A stretch of DNA of 55,462 bases from Candidatus Aenigmatarchaeota archaeon (GTDB lineage: Archaea; Aenigmatarchaeota; Aenigmatarchaeia; CG10238-14; SCSR01): NCBI GenBank assembly GCA_026397385.1, contig JAPLUY010000058.1, positions 1-55,462 of the forward strand, written 5' to 3'. The translations under genes were made by a program, and so were the position numbers. Under the pieces are notes generated by a model. The model was not told where the DNA came from. It searched no databases and was given only the letters and a program-made list of their open reading frames with translations. How positions within the stretch are numbered: the stretch's first letter is position 1; each line of letters begins with the position of its first letter. Below are positions 1 to 7,442 of this stretch, in pieces.

Positions 1-10
1 GAGGGCTGCG

Positions 11-490
11 TTACAGCTGCGGCCTGCGCAGCTGCTGCGGCGGGAGCATCGGCCGCCTCATCTTGGTGTTCAGCTGCTCCACCGACTCCATCACGCTCTC
101 GTTGCTCTCGACTATCTTCTTGTTCGCCTCGATGAGCTCGTCCATCTTCTTCAGCATCGGCTCCATGTTTGCGCCCGGCGCTCCGATCTGCCCCATGGGG
201 CCTTCGGAGGTCGCTGATGCTTTGACGAACGACACCAGCTCGTTCACGCTGGTTATCAGGTCGTCCAGCCTGCCGGGCAGCTTCGACAGCTCGATGCGGA
301 GCGCATCGTTCGCCTTAGCGAGCTCGTCGACGAGCTCCTGGTTCATGCGCACGATCTCGACTAGCTCGCTGAAGAACTTGCTGCTGTCGACCCCGGACTT
401 GCCGGTGGTCTCCATCTTTTCCAGCCTCTTCTCAAGCCTGCGCAGGGGAGACACAGGAATAAGCTCGAATTCGTCTTCTTCTTGCGGCAT
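11..490 (-). CDS. hypothetical coiled-coil protein (159 aa)
   Basis: ATG at 490 and stop at 11. Codons are GC3-rich like the neighbours, and the sequence is E/K/L-rich and heptad-like. A TATA-like TTTAATATAA lies about 55 nt upstream on the minus strand. No family recognised. Confidence 0.6.
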   Translation of the reverse strand: MPQEEDEFELIPVSPLRRLEKRLEKMETTGKSGVDSSKFFSELVEIVRMNQELVDELAKANDALRIELSKLPGRLDDLITSVNELVSFVKASATSEGPMGQIGAPGANMEPMLKKMDELIEANKKIVESNESVMESVEQLNTKMRRPMLPPQQLRRPQL

Positions 491-604
491 CGGTCCACCG
501 GTGGATAAAACTGGCTACATAGTTCTTAGGTTTCTGTTATATTAAATTTCCAGAATTCGGCAGATAAAGCTTCCAGCAGGCCCGGAAACGGGAAAAGAGA
601 GGTT

Positions 605-635
605 TTGCGGGGCGAAAAAACGAAAATCCCCCGAT
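605..635 (-). terminator. possible thermosome terminator (short hairpin with oligo-T runs)
   Basis: The minus strand just after the thermosome stop reads CGGGGGATTTTCGTTTTTTCGCCCCG, an inverted repeat enclosing T-runs. Archaeal termination commonly uses oligo-T tracts. Confidence 0.3.
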
Positions 636-658
636 TTCATCAGTCCAAGCGCCCGCGC

Positions 659-2295
659 CTAGTACTCGGGCATCTCCGAAGGCATCCCGCCCGGTCCGCC
701 GGACATCCCGCCCTTGCCGAGCTTGCTCGCGGATATGATGTCGTCTATGCGCAGTATCATTTCTGCAGCTTCCGATGCTGACTTAATCGCCTGCGTCTTG
801 ACCTTCAGCGGGTCGACGACGCCGAGCTTCGAGACGTCCACGACCCTGCCTTCGTCTATGCCCACGCCGTACACGATCTGTCCCTGCTCGTGCGCCGCAC
901 GCAGCTCGACGAGGATGTCTATCGGATCCAAGCCTGCGTTCTCGGCGAGCGCGCGCGGAATCACTTCCATCGCCTCGCCGAACGCCATTATCTCCAGCTG
1001 CTCGCGGCCCGAGAACTTCTCTGCGAACTTCTTTATGCGCATCGCCACTTCAGCTTCGGGCGCGCCTGCGCCGTACACGATCTTGCCGACTTCCACGGCC
1101 GATGAGACCGCTCCGATCGCGTCCTCGACGCTGCGGTCGACCTCGTCGACGACGTGCTCGGTGCTGCCGCGAACGAGGATGGTGACGGCCTTCGGATCCT
1201 TGCAGTCTCACCGCCGACCTTCTCTTCCTCGACGGTCTTCGCGTAGCCGAGGTCGTTCGCCGACAAATCGTCCAGATTGGTGACGATGCGTCCGCCGGTC
1301 GCCTTCGAAAGCGCTTCCATGTCAGACTGCTTCACGCGTCGCGCGGCCAGTATTCCTTTCTTCGACAGGTAGTGCTGCGCCATGTCGTCGATGCCTTTCT
1401 GCGAGAACAGGACGTTCGCGCCGCTCGCGATCACCTTGTCCACCATGTTCTTGAGCATGCGCTGCTCCTGTTCGACGAACGCCTGCATCTGGTCGGGCGA
1501 TGTTATGCGTATCTGCGCGTCAGTCTCGGTCTCCTTTATTTCGAGCGCGGCGTCGACGAGCGCGATCTTCGCCTCGCTGACCTTCTTCGCCATCGCGGGA
1601 TGCACGACGTCCTTGTCGAGCACGATTCCGCGCACCAGCTCGGTCTCTTCGGCCGAGCCGCCGTGCTTCTTCTCGCGCTTGATGTCCGACGTATCGACCT
1701 CGACGTGGCCGTTCGTCTGGATGGCGACGGTCTTCACCGCCTCCACGACGATGTCGGCCAGGAGCGGAGACGCCTTCTCCATGCTCTTGCCGCTCATGGA
1801 CGTGATCGCTATCTGCTTCAGCACTGCCGTGTCAGCCAACCCGACGGGAATAGATATCTCGTTGAGGATCTTCAACGCCTCGTCGCGCGCAAGCCTGAAC
1901 CCGCGCGTGATGACCGTCGGATGGATTGCCTGGTCTAGCAGCTCGCCGGCCTTCTTCAGAAGTTCGCCTGCGATTACGACGCTCGTCGTGGTTCCGTCGC
2001 CGACTTCCTCGGCCTGCGTCTTCGCGACCTCGACCATCATCTTCGCGGCCGGGTGCTCGATCTCCATCTCCTCGAGGATCGTCACGCCGTCGTTCGTTAT
2101 AACTATATCGCCAATCGAGTCGACGAGCATCTTGTCCATTCCTTTAGGACCAAGAGTGCTCCTTACGGCATCAGCAACGGCCTTCGCCGCAGCGATGTTC
2201 TGTCCCTGCGCGCCCTTGCCCTGCTGCCTGAACGTTCCTTCCGGCAGTATCAGCACGGGCTGCCCGCCAATCTGTCCCATCTGCATGTTAGCCAT
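659..2295 (-). pseudogene. ths: thermosome subunit (group II chaperonin) with reading frame interrupted near 1205-1209
   Basis: The N-terminal part starts at ATG 2295 ([20 protein letters not shown]..., GDGTTT motif) and runs to ...EEEKVGGE. The C-terminal part ([21 protein letters not shown] ... GGMSGGPGGMPSEMPEY, stop at 659) is in another frame. The span 659..2295 is 1637 nt, which is not a multiple of 3. Confidence 0.85.
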
Positions 2296-2360
2296 CAAAC
2301 ATCAACCTCCAGTTTATAGAATCGAAATCGCTCTTCGTTTTAAGACTATGTGTATGTGGG

Positions 2361-2376
2361 TATATAAGAATTTAAA
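2361..2376 (-). promoter_or_regulatory. TATA-like element upstream of thermosome gene
   Basis: The minus strand reads TTTAAATTCTTATATA about 65-80 nt upstream of ATG 2295. A GGAGGT Shine-Dalgarno-like element lies just before the ATG. Confidence 0.35.
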
Positions 2377-2431
2377 GGTTGCTTTTAAGTAAATTATTAA
2401 AATTTTAAAAACTCCGAAAGAGAAGGTTAAT

Positions 2432-3037
2432 ATGGTAAGATTGTCTCTTAGAACGCCGATAGAGCGTATGATAGATAAGCTCCTTTTGATTTACCTTTTT
2501 GGCACGCATAAAATTATAGACGACACCAAGGCTCAAAAGACGGTGTTTTTTGCCGAGAACAACATGAATGAAAAAAGAATAAAGGGCTTCAGTTATGATT
2601 TTATTAGATGGAATTTTGGTGAATTTAGCAGAGATTTGGAATCCGACTTAAAAGAATTGAAAAATAAAAACTTCATTACTGATAATTTAATCTTAACGCA
2701 AGACGGTGAAGAAATTCTAAATCAAATTGGGAGCGTCTTACAGAAGAATTCTGAAATTATAAAAAGAATTGATATGTTTGGCAGTTATACGGAATCCAAA
2801 TCTCTTACAGAAGTCAAAGATGTTGCATACACAAAAATTATAGTAAACGGCAAACAAGTAAAAGATTTGCCTATGGGTGAACCTCTATTACATAAATTAG
2901 ACGATTCTGAAGCTAGAATAAACTTTTCAATAGATACTGGGTGGCTTGGAACTTTTGAAGTTTTATTTAATCCGAGAATAAAAGATTCTTTGGATGTCGC
3001 CCTCACTGAAGAGGAATACATTCCATTCGAGGTCTAA
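2432..3037 (+). CDS. Panacea/DUF4065 (SocA-like) domain protein, candidate antitoxin (201 aa)
   Basis: AT-rich ORF with ATG at 2432 preceded by AGAAGG. The segment TKAQKTVFFAE...FSYDFIRWNFGEFSRDL resembles the KLQKLLYFA...W.yGPV core of the Panacea/DUF4065 family. The next ORF starts 10 nt downstream. Assignment is by eye only. Confidence 0.5.
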   Translation: MVRLSLRTPIERMIDKLLLIYLFGTHKIIDDTKAQKTVFFAENNMNEKRIKGFSYDFIRWNFGEFSRDLESDLKELKNKNFITDNLILTQDGEEILNQIGSVLQKNSEIIKRIDMFGSYTESKSLTEVKDVAYTKIIVNGKQVKDLPMGEPLLHKLDDSEARINFSIDTGWLGTFEVLFNPRIKDSLDVALTEEEYIPFEV

Positions 3038-3046
3038 TGATTTTAT

Positions 3047-3436
3047 ATGACTATTCATTTCAGACAACGGAAGAGATTCTCCAAGAATTTTGAAGGATTG
3101 TCTAAAGAAGGAAAGGAAATCCTTACTAAGGAATTGAGAAAATGGAAAATTATGGGCATAGAACATATCAAATATAGATCGAAACATCTGAAAGGGGAGT
3201 ACGCCGGTATTAGAAAAATAAGTTTAGGCAGAATGAGACTCTATTTTTTAATATGCGACGAATGTAGAAAACTTGGAGACGACATAAAATATGGAAGATG
3301 CAAAAAGTGTCCAAGAGAGCCTGATTTGATAAATTTGGTCGATGTCATAGAATTTAGACGTGAAGATACTTATGATAATCTTGATTTCGAAACTGAAGAT
3401 GTAAAAGATTTCACTGACGGAACTTATGAGGTATAG
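3047..3436 (+). CDS. RelE/ParE-like toxin-fold protein with inserted CxxC...CxxC zinc ribbon (129 aa)
   Basis: The motif HLKGEYAGIRKISLGRMRLYFLI ... INLVDVIEFRREDTYD matches the RelE/ParE pattern (LKG..g.yRlRvGdyRiiY ... vl.v.hRkdvY). CDEC-x11-CKKC (nt 3254..3310) is inserted between the strands. Confidence 0.5.
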   Translation: MTIHFRQRKRFSKNFEGLSKEGKEILTKELRKWKIMGIEHIKYRSKHLKGEYAGIRKISLGRMRLYFLICDECRKLGDDIKYGRCKKCPREPDLINLVDVIEFRREDTYDNLDFETEDVKDFTDGTYEV

Positions 3437-3459
3437 TTATCTTTTCTCCGAGTTCCAGA

Positions 3460-3549
3460 TTAATCAAACTCGCCTCCGCAGACGTGAACCCATTGAGCGT
3501 CTAGTACGGCTTCTACTGCTTCCTCGGTAAAGCCTTCCGCAGGAATTGG
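3460..3549 (-). pseudogene. possible 3' remnant of a GC-rich host gene (29 codons, no start)
   Basis: A GC-rich patch inside the AT-rich islet translates on the minus strand to APIPAEGFTEEAVEAVLDAQWVHVCGGEFD*, with host-like GC3 codons. An in-frame TAA lies just upstream, so no start is available. Confidence 0.3.
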
Positions 3550-3716
3550 CGCTTAATTGGATTGGCTTTATTTGGTGTTTTAGAACGTCCATATACGCGC
3601 CAATTGTCGTTTTTAGGAAAAGCACGTGTTATGCGTCTGCTGGCGGATCTGGGGCGTTTACAGAAGTGCAATTTTTAATTGGCTGTTAATTGGACGCGAT
3701 TGGCTGTTATTTGGAT
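3544..3716. repeat. iteron-like direct repeats (four copies of an ~18-nt ATTGGC..TTA.TTGGA unit)
   Basis: The copies are AATTGGCGCTTAATTGGA (3544-3561), ATTGGCTTTATTTGG (3561-3575), AATTGGCTGTTAATTGGA (3677-3694) and GATTGGCTGTTATTTGGA (3698-3715). The last two match at 16/18 positions and start 21 nt apart. They lie in a 370-bp non-coding gap between convergent genes. Confidence 0.6.
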
Positions 3717-3806
3717 GTCATTTTTTGTTGTCGTGCACGTTCGTTTGCATTTAGTATGTCAATTAAGTTTAACACCTTGAAAAGGACAACCGAATTTTGA
3801 TAGGGC

Positions 3807-4739
3807 TCAGTGATTTATCAAAAAATATGTTACAAATTCTACTGCAAATTTAGCATCCGCCACTTGAACATCTTGTTTTGTATTGTTCATTTGAATAATT
3901 CTTTTGAACGCAGAATAATCGATGTAATTCACACCCATACCAAAAATAGAAATTACATCTATTATATTTTTCGTATACTCACTAAATCTATTATTAACCG
4001 AAGAGAGAATTTCATCTTTAACCTTTTGAAGTTCTTCGTTGTCTATACGAGGTTCTGATTTCAATCCCCAGATAGGATCGTAGCTATCTTTTGTACGCCA
4101 AGGGTCTATGCCATAGAGTGGAAACAAACTTCTACCATCCATAGCAGAAGAACCTAATAATTCCATGCCAGATGGTTTATACCCAATTCTTTTCAATTCA
4201 CCTAATCTAGACTCAAAAATTGAGTCCGATATTGTCAGAGCGTCACAAATCTTTCCTTCCTCTAAGAATTTTTCAGATTTTTTAATTTCTGTTTTAAATC
4301 TGTCATCTTTAATTAAATCTGAAAGTGATATGGTGTCAAAATCTATTTCAAAAATAGTTTTAGTTGTTTCTGACAAAAAATTTTTGGTCCACACAAAAGA
4401 TTCATCTACGCTATCTCTAGTTTTTGTTTCTGCCAAATGCTGTATATCATTTCTAAGTTGCCTAACTCTAAGGACTTCTTTTTTCATTGTAAGTGTGTTT
4501 TCATGATTTTTTTCAAGATTTTTGTTTATACAGTCGTAGATATTTTCCATTGTAACAAGTTTGTCGATATCAATCTTAAGATAATCTGAAAGTATTCTTA
4601 AAATAAATTCATTGCATAAATCAAAATGATGTATAGCAAACATATTGTCCAATTTAGTATCATATCTACTATGATTTTTTCCATGTTCAAAAAATAATTT
4701 TAGCAAAATCAATTTTTTGAGAATTAAGTCATCTATCAT
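3807..4739 (-). CDS. HEPN-motif protein, putative RNase of defence/abortive-infection type (310 aa)
   Basis: AT-rich ORF with ATG at 4739. A canonical Rx4H HEPN motif, RNDIQH (aa 96-101, nt 4437..4454), sits in a predicted helical N-terminal domain. The C-terminal ~180 aa are unassigned. Confidence 0.55.
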   Translation of the reverse strand: MIDDLILKKLILLKLFFEHGKNHSRYDTKLDNMFAIHHFDLCNEFILRILSDYLKIDIDKLVTMENIYDCINKNLEKNHENTLTMKKEVLRVRQLRNDIQHLAETKTRDSVDESFVWTKNFLSETTKTIFEIDFDTISLSDLIKDDRFKTEIKKSEKFLEEGKICDALTISDSIFESRLGELKRIGYKPSGMELLGSSAMDGRSLFPLYGIDPWRTKDSYDPIWGLKSEPRIDNEELQKVKDEILSSVNNRFSEYTKNIIDVISIFGMGVNYIDYSAFKRIIQMNNTKQDVQVADAKFAVEFVTYFLINH

Positions 4740-4745
4740 GAATAT

Positions 4746-4949
4746 TCATTTCCCGAACTTCAAATTCTCCACGTACGGCCGCTGCAGCTCCTTCTTCACG
4801 CGCCTAGCCCAGCCTTCCAAGATTATGACGGCCTCGGACAGAGGGATGCCCTCGCCCTTTGTCTTCAGCTCGACCTGCATCTGGTTGGTCTTCTTGTCCA
4901 CGCGCTTCACTATGAAGAGGCCGAACTTCTGCTCGAACTCGTCTGCCAT
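4746..4949 (-). CDS. hypothetical small protein (67 aa)
   Basis: ATG at 4949 with GC3-rich codons. It is the last gene of the GC-rich operon and its stop lies 6 nt from the start of the AT-rich HEPN gene. Confidence 0.55.
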   Translation of the reverse strand: MADEFEQKFGLFIVKRVDKKTNQMQVELKTKGEGIPLSEAVIILEGWARRVKKELQRPYVENLKFGK

Positions 4950-4970
4950 GCAATCCCCTGAAATAATCTT

Positions 4971-5297
4971 TCATTTGAACCTAAAAAAGACCTTGCCGAA
5001 GTCGGCGACGCGGCCGTTCTCGACGCGCACGCCCTCCTTCTTCAGCATCGCGATCTTCTGCCGGATGTTCTTGCCCGCAGTCTTACCGCCGAACCCACCG
5101 ATTTTTCCGCCTGCAGCCACGACGCGATGGCATGGCACCTGCGGCGCGTACGGATTGTGCCTGCACGCCCCGCCGACCGCGCGGTATGCCTTCGTGTGCA
5201 ACGCTTTCGCCAGCTCGCCGTACGTCGTCACTTTCCCGCGCGGAATCCGCCGCATCGTCTTCCAGACGCGCTCGTAAAAACGCGATTCTAGTTTCAT
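4971..5297 (-). CDS. ogt: methylated-DNA-protein-cysteine methyltransferase family protein (single-domain, 108 aa)
   Basis: The PCHRVV active-site motif is present with the Cys retained, preceded by the helix-turn-helix region (TTYGELAKAL, RAVGGAC.HNP). The usual N-terminal domain is absent. Confidence 0.85.
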   Translation of the reverse strand: MKLESRFYERVWKTMRRIPRGKVTTYGELAKALHTKAYRAVGGACRHNPYAPQVPCHRVVAAGGKIGGFGGKTAGKNIRQKIAMLKKEGVRVENGRVADFGKVFFRFK

Positions 5298-5659
5298 TCC
5301 ACAGACCTTGTACTATAGAGTGTGCTGATGTAAAAAACGTCACGCGCCCCGTCGGGCAACTTCTCCTTCAACCCTTTGTTGGTAAGCCTGAAAGCGTCCT
5401 GTCTCCGGCCGCCGGCAACTCCCTTCCTCTCGCCGCTTTCTGTCTTGAAATATGCGGCTGGTCTGACCATCTTCTTGCCGTGATCCTCGACAAACCCTTC
5501 AATGCTTAGCTGAATGAGTATGTACAAGCTGGTTTGGTAATCGTAGCCGAATACGGATAGGTCCGTTGGAGCAACGGTTCTTTTTTCCTTTATGTAATCC
5601 AAAATCCTCTTCTTGTCGTAAGTCACCATCTTCAGAGGCACTTCCTTCAAGAAAACCAC
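5294..5659 (-). CDS. hypothetical protein, possible winged-helix (121 aa; start GTG 5659 or ATG 5629)
   Basis: GC3-rich ORF that overlaps ogt by 4 nt (ATGA) and abuts the GNAT stop. No family recognised. Confidence 0.5.
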   Translation of the reverse strand: MVFLKEVPLKMVTYDKKRILDYIKEKRTVAPTDLSVFGYDYQTSLYILIQLSIEGFVEDHGKKMVRPAAYFKTESGERKGVAGGRRQDAFRLTNKGLKEKLPDGARDVFYISTLYSTRSVE

Positions 5660-6220
5660 CTACCTCTTCATATCCATAATGAACTCGTCGATGAGCTTGC
5701 CTTTGTAGCTTATGCGCCTCGGCAGGCGCGCGACAGTGCGGAAGCCGAGCTTGCGATACATGCGTATCGCGCCTTTGTTCGGAACGTACACCTGCAGCGT
5801 GATTACTTTGATGTTCCTGTCCTTCTTACCTATCTCGATTATGCGCTTCGATATCGCGGTCGCGATGCCGAGCCGCCTGTAGCCCTTCAGCACGGATATG
5901 CCGTACTCGGCCACGTGCTCGCACCTTCCCTCGCCCTTCGTCAGGTTTGTGATGCTGACGATTTTTCCGTCGAGCTCCGCAACAATCAGATGCACCCTGC
6001 CGCTACGTATCTCGGCCAGCATCTTTCTGAGCCACTTGCGTTCGGTCGCGAGCGTGAGGCGCTTGTATATTTGTATCATCGCCTGCTCGTCCACGAAGCT
6101 GTTGATGTAGTCCGTCATCTGCCGCAGGTCCTTCATCTCCGGACGCCGCAGCAGCACCGTGCGCCCGTCCTTCAGCTTCACGCGCTTCGGCTTGCAGAGT
6201 TTGATGCACACACAAATCAT
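5660..6220 (-). CDS. GNAT family N-acetyltransferase (186 aa)
   Basis: Acetyl-CoA binding motif GYRRLGIATAISKRII followed by NKGAIRMYRKLGF. ATG at 6220. Confidence 0.85.
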   Translation of the reverse strand: MICVCIKLCKPKRVKLKDGRTVLLRRPEMKDLRQMTDYINSFVDEQAMIQIYKRLTLATERKWLRKMLAEIRSGRVHLIVAELDGKIVSITNLTKGEGRCEHVAEYGISVLKGYRRLGIATAISKRIIEIGKKDRNIKVITLQVYVPNKGAIRMYRKLGFRTVARLPRRISYKGKLIDEFIMDMKR

Positions 6221-6447
6221 TGCTCGCGTTTGAAATTCACGCAGCGTTTTTCCGAGTAGACGAAACCTTGGTTTTTGTAGATAGAAAACTTGTACATCAT
6301 CCCCGGGTCTCCTTTCCTCGTGAAATCCGCGTTCTTCTCAATTGTCACATATTGGGTGAATCCGTCCGCCTTGAGTTCCTCTAGGCTGTATATCGTGCTG
6401 TGGTCGTTTTCGACGAACTTCCGCATCTCTTTGATTGTCTCATCCAT
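6217..6447 (-). CDS. hypothetical small protein (~76 aa)
   Basis: ATG at 6447 (MDETIKEMRKF...). It overlaps both neighbours by a few nt, giving operon-style coupling. Confidence 0.5.
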   Translation of the reverse strand: MDETIKEMRKFVENDHSTIYSLEELKADGFTQYVTIEKNADFTRKGDPGMMYKFSIYKNQGFVYSEKRCVNFKREQ

Positions 6448-7357
6448 TGTTCTCACCCAGAATCTTCTTCAGCTCCTTTGCGTTCGCGACCTCGTGCAGG
6501 TCCTCCTCCAGGACGACGGGCACGCCGTCCACCGACCTGCGGTCGTACTTCTCGGCCACGAAGAACGCGCGCGCGCCGAATATGCTCGACAGCTTCTTGA
6601 TCGGGCTAGCGACGCGCTTCAGACCCTTCGCGTCCTCGGCCACGTGCGTGATAAGCGAGAATTCCTGCTTGCCAGCGATCTCGAACTGCGCATGGCGCAC
6701 CGAAGTGTTCTCTATGCCCAGCCTGTCCAGCTCGGAGCTGACCTTCTTCTGCAGCGGCGTCGCCGGCTCGAGCCTGTCGTCCGAATGAACGGCGGGCTGC
6801 GGCGAGTATGCGTTGCGCAGCCGCACTTTCAGCAAGCGTTCGAGCTTCATGGCAGTCTTCTCCATCGGGTTCGTGCGCTTGCTCTCGATCTCGTAGAGCG
6901 CCTTCTTCGACACGCCGACGAGAGCGGCCAGCTCCTCGAGCGTGAACTTCAGTTCGTAGCGCTTTGCGCGCAGGGCTGCCGCATCGATCTCCACGCTGTG
7001 CCTGCCCTTCGCGGCCTGCGACACGTAAGCGTCGTCCTCGAGTATGTCCTCGAACGTCGCCGGCGTTACGACGGGCACGTCGAAGCGGTTGTAGACCATG
7101 CTGTCGCGCAGCGGCTGGCGGTTCGTACGGAGCGACACGACGAACGGGCTGGCGGAGAACATGTGCGACACCGCGCGCAGGCTCGTCGCAAGCCCGGCGT
7201 CGAAGCTGTCGACGTTCGTAAGCGACTTGACGAGCAGGGTTTCGTCCCTTTTGGCAGCGATGTCAAAACAGCCGTGGGTGAGGAAAACTTCAAATTCCCT
7301 CGATAACAGAGTATTAACAATCTTGCTCGTCAGAATGTCGCGTCCGAACATGCGCAT
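6440..7357 (-). CDS. archaeal HTH (XRE-type) transcriptional regulator, COG1395-like (~305 aa)
   Basis: A central HTH segment LKFTLEELAALVGVSKKALYEIESKRTNP is flanked by N- and C-terminal domains. Size and architecture match the conserved archaeal COG1395 family. Confidence 0.7.
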   Translation of the reverse strand: MRMFGRDILTSKIVNTLLSREFEVFLTHGCFDIAAKRDETLLVKSLTNVDSFDAGLATSLRAVSHMFSASPFVVSLRTNRQPLRDSMVYNRFDVPVVTPATFEDILEDDAYVSQAAKGRHSVEIDAAALRAKRYELKFTLEELAALVGVSKKALYEIESKRTNPMEKTAMKLERLLKVRLRNAYSPQPAVHSDDRLEPATPLQKKVSSELDRLGIENTSVRHAQFEIAGKQEFSLITHVAEDAKGLKRVASPIKKLSSIFGARAFFVAEKYDRRSVDGVPVVLEEDLHEVANAKELKKILGENNG

Positions 7358-7442
7358 CACCTGCCTGCAGATAGCTAATAACTATGCGGCTGCATAGAAA
7401 TATAAAAGGTGTGTTTCCACGTATACAGACGGACAAGGAAGG

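Noticed and set aside
3544-3716. CRISPR array
   Set aside because: Only four short (15-18 nt), imperfect repeats are present, with irregular 0-100 nt spacing and no cas genes. That is not CRISPR architecture.
2296-4745. Integrated provirus or plasmid with defined ends
   Set aside because: No integrase, replication or capsid gene, tRNA target or flanking direct repeats could be found. I therefore report only an acquired-islet interpretation.
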